A stretch of 64,000 nucleotides of DNA from assembly GCF_036507355.1 (NCBI RefSeq), contig NZ_AP027877.1. The stretch is one strand, 5' to 3'. This stretch comes from Escherichia coli. GTDB taxonomy: Bacteria > Pseudomonadota > Gammaproteobacteria > Enterobacterales > Enterobacteriaceae. Below are positions 11,718 through 25,361 of the stretch, piece by piece; positions within the stretch are counted from its first letter, which is position 1, and each line of letters begins with the position of its first letter. The notes under the pieces are model-generated. The model worked only from the letters and a program-made list of their open reading frames with translations, made no database searches and was not told the DNA's origin. The translations under genes were made by a program, and so were the position numbers.

Positions 11718-13256
11718 TTAGTGCGCACCGCCTCCGCCGCCACCTGCGCCAAAGGGCGGTTTAGCAAACCACACCAGCCCCAGCAAGACGAGGAATATCC
11801 CGGCTGACATCCAGAAGATCTCATTTGCGGAAATAATCAGCCCCTGATTGGTGATCTGCTGGGCAATCCAGCCTGATGCCTGCTGTTGCGTCATCCCAAG
11901 CCCTTCCAGTTGACTGTACATCGCCTGGGCATTCGGGTTGAACGGGTTTACCGACTCGGTTAACTGCGCATGGTGCATCGACTCGCGGTTGGTCCACATG
12001 GTTGTGGTTATCGACGTGCCGATAGACCCCGCCAGCGTACGCGTAAAGTTGGAGAGGCTCGATGCCGCCGCCAGTCGTTCCGGTGGCAAACCAGACAGCG
12101 TAATGGTGGTCAGCGGCATAAAGAAGCAGGCCACCGCAAACCCCTGGATAAACTGCGGCCAGGCCGACGCGCCAAAATCCATACCTGGTTCAAAGGTATA
12201 GGCACGCCAGTAGAAGCAGACGGCATACATAATAAAGCTGAAGGTTACCAGTCGGCGCATATCCAGTTTATGCGCGAAGCGGCCGATAATCGGCGACAGT
12301 ATCACTGGAATAATCCCTACCGGCGCAGAGGCCAAACCTGCCCAGGTCGCCGTGTAACCGTAGACCTCCTGCAACAACTGCGGCAGCAGAACAATCGCGC
12401 CGAAGTAGAGCATATACGCGAGGCTGATACACAAACAGCCGATGGTGAAGTTGCGCGACTTAAACAACGACAGATCGACTATCGGGTTATCGTCGGTCAG
12501 CTCCCAGACAATCAGGAAGCAGATAGCCACCACCGCCACCACGGTAAGGATGATAATTTCCTGTGATGAAAACCAGTCCAGCTCTTTACCGCGGTCGAGC
12601 ATAATCTGCAGGCTGCCTATACCAATAACCAGCAGTGCCAGCCCCACGGCATCAATCCGCCGCCGTTCGGTGCGGGTTTCGCGTCCGCGCAGAGTTTGCA
12701 GTGTCATCAACACCACCGCCACGCCAATCGGCACGTTGATGAAGAATATCCAGCCCCAGTGGTAATTATCGCTGATATACCCGCCGAGGATTGGGCCGCA
12801 AATTGGCGCGACAATCACCGTCATCGACCACAACGCCAGCGCGATTGAGCGTTTGGCTGGCGGGTAATTATTCAGCAATAGACTTTGCGAAAGCGGGATC
12901 AACGGCCCGGCGACAATCCCCTGAATCACGCGGAAGAAGATCAGCATATTCAGGCTGCTGGAGACACCACACGCCCACGACGCAATAGCAAAGGCGATGG
13001 TTGACCAGAGGAACAGTTTCACTTCCCCGACGCGCTTTGCCAGCCAGCCGGTAAGCGGGATCGAGATGGCATTTGCCACCCCGAAAGAAGTGATTACCCA
13101 CGTTCCCTGGCTGAGCGATGAGCCCAGATTCCCGGCGATAGTGGGGATCGCCACGTTAGCAATGGTGGAGTCCAGCACCTGCATGAATGTCGCCAGTGAC
13201 AGCGCAATCGTCATAATGACCAGTTGCGCGCCTTCCAGCGGTTTTTGCTGTTGCAT
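11718..13256 (-). CDS. emrB: Multidrug efflux MFS transporter EmrB
   Basis: ORF translation MQQQKPLEGAQLVIMTIALSLATFMQVLDSTIANVAIPTIAG...; 14-TMS MFS. Confidence 0.95.
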   Translation of the reverse strand: MQQQKPLEGAQLVIMTIALSLATFMQVLDSTIANVAIPTIAGNLGSSLSQGTWVITSFGVANAISIPLTGWLAKRVGEVKLFLWSTIAFAIASWACGVSSSLNMLIFFRVIQGIVAGPLIPLSQSLLLNNYPPAKRSIALALWSMTVIVAPICGPILGGYISDNYHWGWIFFINVPIGVAVVLMTLQTLRGRETRTERRRIDAVGLALLVIGIGSLQIMLDRGKELDWFSSQEIIILTVVAVVAICFLIVWELTDDNPIVDLSLFKSRNFTIGCLCISLAYMLYFGAIVLLPQLLQEVYGYTATWAGLASAPVGIIPVILSPIIGRFAHKLDMRRLVTFSFIMYAVCFYWRAYTFEPGMDFGASAWPQFIQGFAVACFFMPLTTITLSGLPPERLAAASSLSNFTRTLAGSIGTSITTTMWTNRESMHHAQLTESVNPFNPNAQAMYSQLEGLGMTQQQASGWIAQQITNQGLIISANEIFWMSAGIFLVLLGLVWFAKPPFGAGGGGGGAH

Positions 13257-13272
13257 CACACGCACCTCTGGA

Positions 13273-14445
13273 TTAGCCAGCGTTAGCTTTTACGATATCG
13301 TCGATCAGTTTATTGACAGGTGCCAGGCTGATTTCACGCGCGGTGCTTACCGCTACCGGAGTGGAACGTACTTTATTTGCCAGTACCTGACCGTCACGGT
13401 TAGTGGTATTGACGCTCACCAGCGTGGATAAACCGATACGCAGCGGGTATTGCTCCAGCTGTTTTTGGTCCAGTTCGATACGAACAGGCAGACGCTGAAC
13501 GACTTTGATCCAGTTACCAGTCGCATTTTGCGCCGGAAGCAGTGAGAACGCGCTACCTGTGCCCATATCCAGACCAACCACTTTACCGGTGTATTTCACA
13601 TCATCGCCGTAAATATCGGTGGTGATAGTGACCGGCTGACCGATACGCATATTGGCAATCTGCGTCTCTTTAAAGTTGGCATCCACCCACATATTGGTGG
13701 CTGGAACGACCGCCATCAGCGGCGTCGTTGGGCTAATTTGCGCCCCAGGCTGTACCGCGCGGCGGGAGACATAACCGGTCATCGGACTGACAATACGAGT
13801 ACGCTCCAGCGCCAGCCAGGCGTTACGTACTTCGGTGGCAGCCTGTTGCACGGCAGGCTGATCTTCCAGTTTAGTCCCCAGAATCATCGCCTGATTGGCA
13901 TTGTATTGTTGAATCGCGACGTCCAGTTGCGCCTGGGCACTGGTAACGGCGTCGCGGGCGTGTTGCAGCTCTTCGCGACCAATCAGGTTGGCATTGCCCA
14001 GCGGCACACGGCGGTTGTAGTCGCTTTGTGCTTTCGCGAGGGCGATTTTTTGCACCTCAATATTCGCCTGCAACTGTTTGCTGTTAATCATCAGCTGGTG
14101 GGTTTGGCGAACGCTGGAAGCCAGTGCAGTTTTGGCTTTTTCAAACGCCTGGCGAGCATCTGTCGGGTCGAGAGTGACCAGCACGTCGCCTTCTTTTACA
14201 AAATCGGTGTTATCGGCCCAGACTTTCGTCACGCTGCCAGACACCTGAGACATAATTTGAATTTGATTCCCTGCCACGTATGCGTCATCGGTTTCTTCGA
14301 AGTGACGCAGTACCAAAAACCAATAAATCCCTATCGCTACGGCAATAATTATAAAGAGCAAGGTGAGAAGGAGGAGCAGACGCTTACGTTTGCCGCTCTT
14401 CTTTACCGGTTGCTGCGGGGTTTGAGTCTCCGCATTTGCGCTCAT
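13273..14445 (-). CDS. emrA: Multidrug efflux periplasmic adaptor EmrA
   Basis: ORF translation ...MSANAETQTPQQPVKKSGKRKRLLLL...; HlyD-family adaptor. Confidence 0.95.
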   Translation of the reverse strand: MSANAETQTPQQPVKKSGKRKRLLLLLTLLFIIIAVAIGIYWFLVLRHFEETDDAYVAGNQIQIMSQVSGSVTKVWADNTDFVKEGDVLVTLDPTDARQAFEKAKTALASSVRQTHQLMINSKQLQANIEVQKIALAKAQSDYNRRVPLGNANLIGREELQHARDAVTSAQAQLDVAIQQYNANQAMILGTKLEDQPAVQQAATEVRNAWLALERTRIVSPMTGYVSRRAVQPGAQISPTTPLMAVVPATNMWVDANFKETQIANMRIGQPVTITTDIYGDDVKYTGKVVGLDMGTGSAFSLLPAQNATGNWIKVVQRLPVRIELDQKQLEQYPLRIGLSTLVSVNTTNRDGQVLANKVRSTPVAVSTAREISLAPVNKLIDDIVKANAG

Positions 14446-14571
14446 ATTGTTCTCCACGATCTTCTTAACTCATCGGCTGAGCCGACCTGCTTGCCAAAAA
14501 GGCCAGCATGTTGCGATGCTGGCCAGTCATTTTTTCTTTTATAAATCTGGATTTTTGAGCGAGATGACGCG

Positions 14572-15102
14572 TTAGCTCATCGCTTCGAGAACCACACCGT
14601 CTTGTTCCATCTGGTCGAGACGGGAGAGCAATTTGCGGGTGATTTGCTCGAGCTGATCTTTTTCTGTTGTGCTGAGCGCGGACCAGAGTTGATGCAGGCA
14701 GTTATGCTGCGGTGGTAAAACCTCGCGCAAAAACTCGTGACCTTTTTCCGTTAATTGCAGATGCAGGCAGCGGCGATCGTTATCGCTTTCACGACGTTCG
14801 ATCCAACCGCGTTTTTCCAGTTCATCGGCAATACGCGTCGCGTTGGTACGGGATGATCCAAGAGCACAACTTAATTCAGAAGGCTGAATACTGTGGTTTT
14901 CCTGAGACTCCAGCGTAATCAACGCCATAAACAACGTCTCGTTAATCCCCTGAGCCTTCAGCATTTTATTGCGGTTCTCCAGCAGCTTGCTTTGCATGTG
15001 CATGCAAAGACGAGTCAGAAGGATCTCCTGATAAGGAAAATCTTCGTGGCGGCTGGCGCGAAATTTTAGCATTTGTTCAATGGGCGTAAACGAACTATCC
15101 AT
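14572..15102 (-). CDS. mprA: MarR-family repressor MprA (EmrR)
   Basis: 176-aa [49 protein letters not shown]... Confidence 0.95.
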
Positions 15103-15192
15103 TTGGGTATGACCTCATTAATTTCAGCCGATATAGTAACGACAGTTACAAATAAAGTAAATGTATTGTTTTAGAAAAATGATTCTTGTGGG

Positions 15193-15528
15193 TTATATAA
15201 TCGCCATCACTTTCCAGGCGAGCCCATAGGCCAGCGCACTAAGCAGTGTTGGGATGATAATGCTGCGTGTTTTATAGAAACTGGCACCCAGTACCGCGAA
15301 GCCGACCAGTGTGGGCACGAAACGGCGTGTATCGTGCATCACTTCTGGTGCGGTAGAGACAACCAGCAGAGCGCATATCGAGGCGATGCCAATGGTGTCG
15401 AGCAAAATACCTACCGCGCCACGTTTGGTTGGGCGGGCATTACCCACACGCAGGCGCAGCGGCAAATAGCGGAAGCAATAATTCGCCGCGCCAACCAGTA
15501 ACCCAAGCAGCAGAACCTCATAGCTCAT
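15193..15528 (-). CDS. ygaH: Branched-chain amino acid exporter small subunit (AzlD-like) YgaH
   Basis: 111-aa hydrophobic ORF overlapping ygaZ. Confidence 0.85.
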   Translation of the reverse strand: MSYEVLLLGLLVGAANYCFRYLPLRLRVGNARPTKRGAVGILLDTIGIASICALLVVSTAPEVMHDTRRFVPTLVGFAVLGASFYKTRSIIIPTLLSALAYGLAWKVMAII

Positions 15529-16255
15529 CGGGCGCTCCTTGCCAGAATGCCTGGATTAACGCAGTGAGGCAGCCACAGACAATGCCTGCCAGAATGGCGA
15601 CGGGAATAGAAAATAGCGTTACGCCTGCAAGGGCACCAACTAACGCTGCGGTAACGCAAAGAGACTGTTTGCGCTGGAAAGAGGCGAGCAGGAAACTCAT
15701 AAAGAGTGCCGGAAGCATAAAACCTAATGCAGCTTCAACGGCGGGATAACCTTGCAGCAAGCCGCTGCCGGAGAATGCCCCTATTACCGTACCAAATACC
15801 CACGATGACCATGAACTGAAGGCAATGCCGATCATCCAGTTCTCGCTCCAGCGGCGATTATTGCGTACCAGTTTTGCGGTGGCGGCGGCAAAAACCTCAT
15901 CCGTCAGGCCAAACGCCCATAGGGCGGTTTTCGATTTTTGCAGACGCTGAATAATACGGCTACGCAGTGACGGGCCATACAAAACATGGCGAACATCCAT
16001 TGCCATGACGGTCAGTGCAGCAACCCACAAACTACTCCCTGCTGCCAGCATCGCGGTAATGACGAACTGGCTCGCGCCTGCATAAATGATGCAGGAGAAA
16101 AAAACGCTTTCGAGAGGAGAGAATCCCAGACGGGTCGCATTCAGACCGAACGCAAAGGCCACCGGAATATAACTAATAACAATCGGTAAACTGTCTTTGC
16201 ATCCTTCCATGAAGGTCGCCGAACCAGGAGCAGGCTGTGGAGTAGGGCTTTCCAT
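15518..16255 (-). CDS. ygaZ: Branched-chain amino acid exporter large subunit (AzlC-like) YgaZ
   Basis: 245-aa membrane ORF upstream of and overlapping ygaH. Confidence 0.85.
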   Translation of the reverse strand: MESPTPQPAPGSATFMEGCKDSLPIVISYIPVAFAFGLNATRLGFSPLESVFFSCIIYAGASQFVITAMLAAGSSLWVAALTVMAMDVRHVLYGPSLRSRIIQRLQKSKTALWAFGLTDEVFAAATAKLVRNNRRWSENWMIGIAFSSWSSWVFGTVIGAFSGSGLLQGYPAVEAALGFMLPALFMSFLLASFQRKQSLCVTAALVGALAGVTLFSIPVAILAGIVCGCLTALIQAFWQGAPDEL

Positions 16256-16378
16256 AGAGTGTACGCTTAACGATTGTTAATATTATAAATAGACTGAATG
16301 AATATCTTAACCTTATCAGACTGATGGGCTTCTTAACACCCTTATAAGTGTAAAGCCACGAAAACGGTTGCTGATTGC

Positions 16379-17563
16379 TTAATTTGCGGCTTCCTGACGA
16401 TGAAAACCTCGCCACCAGACCAGTAAGTTAACCAGGGCAATCGTCGCGCCAGCCAGACAAACGCCAGCCCAACCGCCATGTTGCCAGGCTGAGGCTGAAA
16501 TTAGCGATCCGGCGGCACCGCCAATAAAGTAGCTGGTCATGTAACCTGCGGTCAGGCGATTACGCGCATCAGGATGTATTCGATAAATTACCGTCTGGTT
16601 AGTGATATGCACGCCCTGCACGGTGAGGTCCAGCACCAGGATGCCGATAATCAGCGCCAGTACGGAAGTGTGACCAAACCAGATTGCCAGCCATGAAAGT
16701 AACAGCAGAAGCAGACCGAAAGTTGTTGTGTGGTGCGATTTGCCCTTGTCGGCAAAACCGCCCGCTGGACGAGCGCCCAACGCTCCGGCAGCTCCCGCAA
16801 GTCCAAACAGACCAATTACACCATCGCTGTAGTTAAAAGGTGGAGCGGCAAGCAAAAAGGCCATTGAGGTCCAGAGAATGCTGAAGTTGGCAAAGGTCAG
16901 GCAGCCCAGCAACGCGCGGGTGCGCAGGATCTTATCGCTGATAAACATGCTGAAAACGGAACCAAGCAACTGTGGGTAGTTGAGGTGGGTTTCTGATTTC
17001 ATTTGTGGCAGACCACGCCATAATGCCAGCGCCATCAGTGCCATTAACACCGAGGCAACCCAAAAGACTGTGCGCCAGCCGCCGAGGTTTGCCAGCAACC
17101 CGGCAACGGTTCGTGCCAGCAAGATCCCCAACAGCAGACCGCTCATAATGGTGCCGACCACTTTGCCGCGTTTGTCCGGTGAAGCCAGCGTCGCTGCCAG
17201 CGGAACCAGAATTTGTGCCACGACCGAGAATAAACCGGTTAATGCCGTACCGAGGATCATCATCGCCAGCGACTGACTGCTGGCAGTGATTAACATGCCG
17301 CCTGCCGCCAGTAAGGTCATCGAGACAATCAGGCGGCGGCGTTCAAACATATCACCGAGGGGAACAAGAAACAGCAGACCGGCGGCATAGCCCAACTGCG
17401 CGGCGGTAACAATAAAGCCTGCCGAACTGGCGGAAAGGGAAAAGTTACGCGCGATGGTGTCGAGCAATGGCTGGGCGTAATAGTTGCTGGCGACCGCCAG
17501 ACCGGTGGCGATAGACATCAGCACGATTAGCGCCGGGCTAAGCTCATGATTAGGTTTGGTCAT
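16379..17563 (-). CDS. ygaY: MFS transporter YgaY (uninterrupted reading frame)
   Basis: 394-aa continuous ORF with 12 predicted TMS pattern; position between proX and ygaZ. Confidence 0.8.
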   Translation of the reverse strand: MTKPNHELSPALIVLMSIATGLAVASNYYAQPLLDTIARNFSLSASSAGFIVTAAQLGYAAGLLFLVPLGDMFERRRLIVSMTLLAAGGMLITASSQSLAMMILGTALTGLFSVVAQILVPLAATLASPDKRGKVVGTIMSGLLLGILLARTVAGLLANLGGWRTVFWVASVLMALMALALWRGLPQMKSETHLNYPQLLGSVFSMFISDKILRTRALLGCLTFANFSILWTSMAFLLAAPPFNYSDGVIGLFGLAGAAGALGARPAGGFADKGKSHHTTTFGLLLLLLSWLAIWFGHTSVLALIIGILVLDLTVQGVHITNQTVIYRIHPDARNRLTAGYMTSYFIGGAAGSLISASAWQHGGWAGVCLAGATIALVNLLVWWRGFHRQEAAN

Positions 17564-17664
17564 TATTTTTGTTCATCAGGTGATGATTAAGCTGGAAATC
17601 AATAATAGCGGATGTTGATGAATATGGGATGAAAGATAGATTGTTGAAATGTGCGGTGTGGTTT

Positions 17665-17745
17665 GTAGGCATGATAAGACGCGCCAGCGTCGCATCAGGC
17701 ATTGTGTACAGAACGGCGGATGCGGCGTATACGCCTTATCCGCCC
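17665..17745. repeat. REP (repetitive extragenic palindromic) elements
   Basis: gtaggcatgataagacgcgccagcgtcgcatcaggc and cggatgcggcgtatacgccttatccg palindromic units. Confidence 0.8.
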
Positions 17746-17754
17746 GAATAAAAA

Positions 17755-18747
17755 TTACTTCTGCGCTGCCAACGCCTCATTCACCCAGCCATCGAACTGC
17801 TGCTGGTGGGCTTTGATCCAGCCATCAACGTGGCCCTGAATATCGCCTTCTGAGGCTTTGCCGTCATGCATAATGGCGTTCTGGGCGTTAATATCTGCCA
17901 CTGGCAACTGCATAATGGCAAACAGTTTCGCTGCTGCCGGGTTTTTCTCGGCCCAGGCTTTATTGGCAACGATATGCATGGTGCTGACCGGGAAGCCGTA
18001 ATTCGCGCCATTCGGCAGTTTAGTATCGGCATTTTTATCGCCCGGCAGTGCAGAGAACGGCACCTGCAACCAGACCACATCTTTCCCTGGCTTCAGCTCA
18101 TTACTCACCCAGTACGGCGTCCAGGTGTAGTAAAACACCGGTTTGCCCTCTTTGTAACGACTGATGGTGTCAGCCATCATCGCCGCGTAGTTCCCCTGAT
18201 TATGCGTCACGGTATTGGTCAGTTCATACGCGGCAAGCTGGTGGTTGATCGCACCTTCGCAGCCCCAGCCAGGGTTACAGCCAGTCAAATCCGCTTTACC
18301 GTCGCCGTTGGTATCGAACAGTTTGGCGATCTTCGGATCTTTCAGTTGTGCGATGTTGGTGATTTTGTACTGGTCGGCGGTTTTCTTATCGATCAGGTAA
18401 CCCTGTGCCGCGCCGTTAACAAATACCCCTTCACGATAAAATTTCTTATCGCCACCGGCAGCTTCATACATGTTGTCATGCAGTGGCGTCCAGTTCACGG
18501 CGGTGAAGGTTGCATCGCCGGAAGCAAGCGAGGTGTAGCCAACGTTGTAATCTACTTCGCTGGGTTTGTTGACGGTATAGCCTAATTTCTCCAGCGCACG
18601 GCTGACCAGCAGCGTCTGGAAGGTTTCTTCGGTGATGGTGCTCTGAACTGGATTAACAGTAATGCCTTTGCCCGGCAGATCGGCAGCAAAAGTTTGTGTA
18701 GAGATAAGCGTGGCAAACGCTGTCGCAAAAAGTACGCTATGTCGCAT
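17755..18747 (-). CDS. proX: Glycine betaine/proline ABC transporter periplasmic binding protein ProX
   Basis: ORF ...[35 protein letters not shown]...; start placed at MRHSV. Confidence 0.95.
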
Positions 18748-18803
18748 TGTTATTCCTTTTTTTGGCAGGGTGATATGCCCGGCGTCACCGGGCAAGTGCA
18801 GAG

Positions 18804-19868
18804 TTACTTAATGAATGGGCGGGTCAGCAGACCGACAGGGCCAGTGGTGTACCAGCGACGGTTGCCGCGACTGCGTGAGTCGCGCCCAACGGCCTGCGTC
18901 AGACGATCGAGGATAATGGCGAGGATCACAATCCCGACGCCGCCAACGGTGGCAAGCCCCATATCCAGACGACCGATACCGCGAAGTACCATCTGACCCA
19001 GCCCGCCGACGGCAATCATCGAGGCAATGACCACCATAGAAAGGGCCAGCATCAGCGTCTGGTTAACGCCCGCCATAATGGTCGGCATCGCCAGCGGTAA
19101 CTGAACTTTGAACAGCATCTGGCGCGGGCTGGCACCGAATGAGCGCGAGGCTTCAATCAGATCCGCCGGAACCTGGTTAATCCCCAGAATGGTCAGACGG
19201 ATAATCGGCGGCAGAGCAAAGATGATCGTCACCACCACGCCCGGCACGTTACCGATACCAAATAGCATGACGATTGGCACCAGATAAACAAACGCTGGCG
19301 TGGTCTGCATGGCATCAAGCAGTGGACGAATAATTTTCGCCGCTCGCGGACTTCTCGCCAGCCATATCCCCAACGGCAAACCGATGACGATACAGAACAG
19401 CAGGGCGGTTAACACCAGCGCCAGAGTCACCATTGCCTGCGACCAGGCACCGATTGCGCCGATGGCAATCAGCGAAACCAGCGTCGCCACGCCCATTCCG
19501 ACCCCGGAAATCTGCCAGGCGATGAGAGCGAAAACGATAATCGCCACTGGCGCTGGCATACCCAGCAGCAATTGCTGGAAACCGTTGAGGATATAATCAA
19601 CCGGAACGCGCACGCCCTGGAAGACGGGACGGAAATGGGTAACGACCCAGTCGATCCCTTCAGTGACCCAACTGTCGAGCGGGATCAGCGTTTTATGGAA
19701 CGGATCGAGAATATTAAAATGCTCGACGTTTGGCGCAGGCGTACTGGTCAGCCAGTCAGCACCACCGCCGTCAGTCGGTGCAGTCGTCGGTGTACCCCAG
19801 GCGTCTGCGGATTGCGCGGCACTGTCCGCCGCTGGCGTGGTATCCCACGGATTATTTTGATCAGCCAT
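18804..19868 (-). CDS. proW: Glycine betaine/proline ABC transporter permease ProW
   Basis: 354-aa [28 protein letters not shown]... with ABC permease core. Confidence 0.95.
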
Positions 19869-21063
19869 TATTTACCCCCTCACGATCTAAAGCGCGCAGC
19901 AGCATTCCTTTCGAAATGATGCCGACATACTGTTGGTCCTCGTCGACCACGGGCACCGCACAGGGTGCCTGTCCGACATGAGAGAGCAACTCGCTAAGAG
20001 GCGTTTGTGCATCGACTGCTAACGGCGCATCAATCAGCGCCGCATCAAGACCTTGCTGCTGCGTTAACGCGGTTTTAAGCGAATCGATGGAGACTGCGCC
20101 GACAAACTTATTACCGCGTTCGATAACGTAGCCATATTCGCGATCTTCATCCTGCAATAATTTCAGTGCCGAACGTGGGCCGAAGCCAGGGGTTTTACGA
20201 ATTAAGCCATTCGGTGTCCGGCGGGCAATATCTTTCGCACTGAATACCTGACTAATATCAACGCCACGGAAGAAGGTACGGACATAATCATTCGCCGGAT
20301 TATTGAGAATTTCATCCGGTGTGCCGACCTGTACCACTTCACCATTTTGCATAATGGCAATTCGGTCGCCAATACGCATGGCTTCATCGAGATCGTGGGA
20401 AATAAAGACAATGGTGCGCTGATGTTTCGCCTGTAATTTTACCAGCTCATCCTGCATCTCGGTGCGAATTAATGGATCGAGCGCCGAGAAGGCTTCATCC
20501 ATTAATAAAATATCCGGATTAATCGCTAACGCGCGGGCTAATCCCACACGTTGACGCATCCCGCCAGAGAGTTCATCCGGGTAGCTGTGGGCATAATTTT
20601 CCAGCCCGACCTGACGCAGTGCATCAAGGGCTTTTTCCCGGCGTTCTTCGGCATTAATTCCGGCCAATTCCATACCGAACGCAGTATTGTCCAGCACGGT
20701 CATATGCGGCATTAAGGCAAAGGACTGGAAGACCATCGCAATCTTTTTTCTGCGCACCTCACGGAGTTCGGCATCGGATATTTTGGCAATATCCACACCA
20801 TCAATCAGCACTTGCCCGCGGGTGGGTTCAATCAGGCGATTGAGAAGGCGTACCATTGTGGATTTACCCGAGCCGGATAATCCCATGATGACAAATATCT
20901 CGCCTTCTTCAATGGCCAGACTGGCGTCTTTTACGCCAAGCGATAGCCCAGTTTTTTCCAGAATTTGTTCTTTTGAAAGTCCTTGTTCGATATATTTGAA
21001 CGCTCGCTGTGGATGCTCGCCAAATATTTTATAAAGATTTTTAATTTCTAATTTAATTGCCAT
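19861..21063 (-). CDS. proV: Glycine betaine/proline ABC transporter ATPase ProV
   Basis: 400-aa ORF with Walker [10 protein letters not shown] and C-terminal CBS domains. Confidence 0.95.
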   Translation of the reverse strand: MAIKLEIKNLYKIFGEHPQRAFKYIEQGLSKEQILEKTGLSLGVKDASLAIEEGEIFVIMGLSGSGKSTMVRLLNRLIEPTRGQVLIDGVDIAKISDAELREVRRKKIAMVFQSFALMPHMTVLDNTAFGMELAGINAEERREKALDALRQVGLENYAHSYPDELSGGMRQRVGLARALAINPDILLMDEAFSALDPLIRTEMQDELVKLQAKHQRTIVFISHDLDEAMRIGDRIAIMQNGEVVQVGTPDEILNNPANDYVRTFFRGVDISQVFSAKDIARRTPNGLIRKTPGFGPRSALKLLQDEDREYGYVIERGNKFVGAVSIDSLKTALTQQQGLDAALIDAPLAVDAQTPLSELLSHVGQAPCAVPVVDEDQQYVGIISKGMLLRALDREGVNNG

Positions 21064-21417
21064 GCAATAGAAAGATTCCTGTTATTTGTTTATGTCGATA
21101 TATTACCCAGTGGAAATAGTCACTTTTTTCTACCCTAACATACTGAGAATCTGAGGCAACCCCCGAGGGCAAATGTGGCATGAATATTGATGTGAGCAAA
21201 TCGCCGGAATTTCCCATGATATAAGGGCTGAGAGCAAATCGAGAAAAGTTGATATTTTTTGTCAAAGATAGCAAAAAACGCCTGAATATTGTGGTTTCAG
21301 GCGAATAATGCAACAGAGTATCTGTGTAGATCACCACAAAATATTTGCGTGATAAAAAGCTATTTGGCGGGAATTATTTCCCTGTCGCGGGTAGTGATAT
21401 TTTTGAAAATAACACCC

Positions 21418-22386
<969 letters not shown>

Positions 22387-24531
22387 TTAAAGTGCACAGG
22401 AGATGCAGCCTTCAATTTCAGTGCCTTCCAGCGCCATCTGACGCAGGCGGATGTAATAGAGCGTTTTGATACCTTTGCGCCAGGCGTAAATCTGCGCTTT
22501 GTTGATATCGCGAGTGGTGGCGGTATCGGGGAAAAACAGCGTCAGCGACAGCCCCTGATCGACATGGCGAGTCGCTTCCGCGTAGGTGTCGATGATCTTT
22601 TCTGCGCCGATTTCGTAAGCGTCCTGATATAGCGCCAGATTTTCGTTAGTCATAAACGGGGCAGGGTAGTAAACGCGTCCTGTTTTGCCCTCTTTGCGTA
22701 TCTCTACTTTCGCCACAATCGGATGAATACTCGACGTAGCATGGTTGATATAAGAGATAGAACCGGTTGGCGGCACCGCCTGAAGATTCTGGTTGTAAAT
22801 GCCGTAGCGCATCACGTCGTCGCGCAGTTGCGCCCACATCTCACGGGTAGGTAACGTAATACCGCTACGGGCAAACAGTTCGCCAACTTTCGCCGTTTTC
22901 GGCTGCCAGTTCCCTTGCAGATATTGGCTAAAATATTCACCACTGGCATAGCGTGACTGTTTGAACCCGGCGAAGGTTTCACCGCGTTCGCGTGCCAGCA
23001 ACATCGAGGTACGCAGTGCGTGCCAGGTGATGGCATAGAAATAGAGATTGGTGAAATCCAGTGCTTCCGGCGAACCATAAGCGATGCCTTCTCGCGCCAG
23101 ATAGCCGTGTAAATTCATCTGCCCCAGTCCGATGGCGTGTGAGGCGGTATTTCCGGCTTCGATGGACGGCACGCTGCGGATATGACTCATATCTGATACT
23201 GCCGTTAAACCGCGCACGGCAGTCTCTACCGTGCGGGCAAAATCGGGGGAATCCATGGTGTGCGCAATATTCAACGAACCTAAATTGCAGGAAATATCAT
23301 GGCCTGTGCAGGTATAGTCGAGATTCTCGTCATACTCTGAGGCGCTGTTAACCTGCAAAATTTCTGAGCAGAGATTACTCATATTTATGCGCCCGGCGAT
23401 AGGGTTAGCACGGTTTACCGTGTCTTCATACATGATGTACGGATAGCCGGACTCAAACTGGATTTCTGCCAGTCGCTGGAAGAAATCACGGGCGTTGAGG
23501 TATTTTTTGCGAATGCGTTCATCGGCAACCAGTTCGTCATAGTGTTCGCTAATGGCGATATCGGCAAACGGTTTGCCATAAACTCGCTCTACGTCATAAG
23601 GCGAAAACAGCGCCATCTGCGCATTCTCTTTTGCCAGATGGAAAGTGATATCCGGGATCACCACGCCAAGCGACAGTGTTTTAATGCGGATTTTTTCGTC
23701 GGCATTTTCCCGTTTCGTGTCGAGAAAACGCAGAATATCGGGATGATGAGCATGTAAATAGACTGCACCAGCCCCCTGACGAGCGCCGAGTTGGTTGGCA
23801 TAGGAAAATGCGTCTTCCAGCATTTTCATCACCGGAATTACGCCAGAAGATTGATTTTCAATACGTTTAATTGGCGCGCCCGCTTCCCGCAGATTCGACA
23901 GCAAAAATGCTACGCCGCCGCCGCGTTTCGACAGTTGCAGTGCGGAATTTACCGCCCGACCAATCGACTCCATATTGTCTTCAATACGCAGCAAAAAACA
24001 GGAAACCAGTTCGCCGCGCTGCTGCTTACCGCAGTTGAGGAATGTTGGCGTGGCTGGCTGAAAGCGTCCTGACAGCATTTCATCGGTCAGTTGCAACGCC
24101 AGCGTCTCATCGCCTTGTGCCAGCGTCAGCGCCACCATCGTGACTCGATCGGCAAAATCTTCCAGATAACGTTTACCGTCGAATGTCTTCAACGTATAGC
24201 TGGTGTAAAACTTCCATGCCCCGAGGAATGTCTGGAAACGAAAACCGCTGGTGTGTGCGTGGGCAAACAGCGTAATGACAAAGTCGCGAGAGTAGCGATT
24301 AAGAACGCTTTCATCATAGTAACCTTCGTTGACCAGCCAGTTCAGGCGCTGCTGCTGGCTACTGAAGGTCACACTGTTCGGACGCACATGCGTCGCAATA
24401 AAGGCGTCAACGGCCTGGCGGTCTTTATCGAACTGAATGCGACCTGCGCTATCGTAGAGGTTAAGCATCGCATTCAGCGCGTGGTAATCCATCGTTTCCT
24501 GCGTCAGGCATTCTGCGGTTGTCGTTGCCAA
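22387..24531 (-). CDS. nrdE: Class Ib ribonucleotide reductase alpha subunit NrdE
   Basis: 714-aa ORF ending in the EGCISCAL redox tail. Confidence 0.95.
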   Translation of the reverse strand: MATTTAECLTQETMDYHALNAMLNLYDSAGRIQFDKDRQAVDAFIATHVRPNSVTFSSQQQRLNWLVNEGYYDESVLNRYSRDFVITLFAHAHTSGFRFQTFLGAWKFYTSYTLKTFDGKRYLEDFADRVTMVALTLAQGDETLALQLTDEMLSGRFQPATPTFLNCGKQQRGELVSCFLLRIEDNMESIGRAVNSALQLSKRGGGVAFLLSNLREAGAPIKRIENQSSGVIPVMKMLEDAFSYANQLGARQGAGAVYLHAHHPDILRFLDTKRENADEKIRIKTLSLGVVIPDITFHLAKENAQMALFSPYDVERVYGKPFADIAISEHYDELVADERIRKKYLNARDFFQRLAEIQFESGYPYIMYEDTVNRANPIAGRINMSNLCSEILQVNSASEYDENLDYTCTGHDISCNLGSLNIAHTMDSPDFARTVETAVRGLTAVSDMSHIRSVPSIEAGNTASHAIGLGQMNLHGYLAREGIAYGSPEALDFTNLYFYAITWHALRTSMLLARERGETFAGFKQSRYASGEYFSQYLQGNWQPKTAKVGELFARSGITLPTREMWAQLRDDVMRYGIYNQNLQAVPPTGSISYINHATSSIHPIVAKVEIRKEGKTGRVYYPAPFMTNENLALYQDAYEIGAEKIIDTYAEATRHVDQGLSLTLFFPDTATTRDINKAQIYAWRKGIKTLYYIRLRQMALEGTEIEGCISCAL

Positions 24532-24911
24532 AATTCGGTTACTCCTTTACGAACGTTTTCGATATCGCTTTGCGTACCCATGAGTTCAAAACGGTACAGC
24601 CACGGCACGCCGCATTTCCGGGCAATCACATCTCCGGCGCGGCCATACGCCTCACCAAAGTTGCGATTACCAGAAGCAATAACGCCGCGAAGCAACGCCC
24701 GGTTGTGCTCGTCGTTTAAAAAGCGAATTACCTGTCGTGGCACCGCGCCAGCCGTACCGCCGCCGTAAGAGGGCACGATCAGGATGTAAGGCTCGTCTAC
24801 CTGAATCCGTTCCCGCTCATTGAGCGGGATGCGCACCGCGGGCAGCCCTAAACGTTCGATAAAACGCTGCGTATTTTCGGAGCTGCTGGAAAAGTAGACG
24901 AGCTGGCTCAT
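24504..24911 (-). CDS. nrdI: Flavodoxin-like NrdI
   Basis: 135-aa [33 protein letters not shown]... Confidence 0.93.
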   Translation of the reverse strand: MSQLVYFSSSSENTQRFIERLGLPAVRIPLNERERIQVDEPYILIVPSYGGGTAGAVPRQVIRFLNDEHNRALLRGVIASGNRNFGEAYGRAGDVIARKCGVPWLYRFELMGTQSDIENVRKGVTEFWQRQPQNA

Positions 24912-25153
24912 GCACTGGCCGCGTGTGGCGCTGGATGCAGACGATTGATCATGTCCGGGCGGAAACCAGACCAGCTAAGATCGCCTGCAATCACTACCGG
25001 CAACTGACGAAAGCCCTGAGCACGCAACGCTTCCGCCGCTTCAGGAACGCGATCGACATTAATCATTTCAAAATCAAAGCCCCGGTTTTCCATCGCCCGT
25101 TTGGTGGCGTGGCACTGAACGCAATCGTTACGAGTGTAAATGGTAATGCGCAT
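24908..25153 (-). CDS. nrdH: Glutaredoxin-like NrdH
   Basis: 81-aa [37 protein letters not shown]... with CVQC redox motif. Confidence 0.95.
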   Translation of the reverse strand: MRITIYTRNDCVQCHATKRAMENRGFDFEMINVDRVPEAAEALRAQGFRQLPVVIAGDLSWSGFRPDMINRLHPAPHAASA

Positions 25154-25361
25154 GATTCGTATTTCCGTTTAAAATGAAGATACGGCGCGATGATACGCGT
25201 CGGGTTGTCTCTCTGTTGATACAGAGATACTAGATGTAGTTGAAAAAAGATTCAACCACACAAGATATGGGAATTTTAGATTGATTTCGCCACCGGTGAA
25301 TGGCTCAACGGGGAAGGGGATTTTGTGTTTTTTTGCCGGGCGCATACCCGGCAACAGCAAA

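Noticed and set aside
13738-14544. 268-aa plus-strand ORF
   Set aside because: Antisense to emrA.
17866-18585. 239-aa plus-strand ORF
   Set aside because: Antisense to proX.
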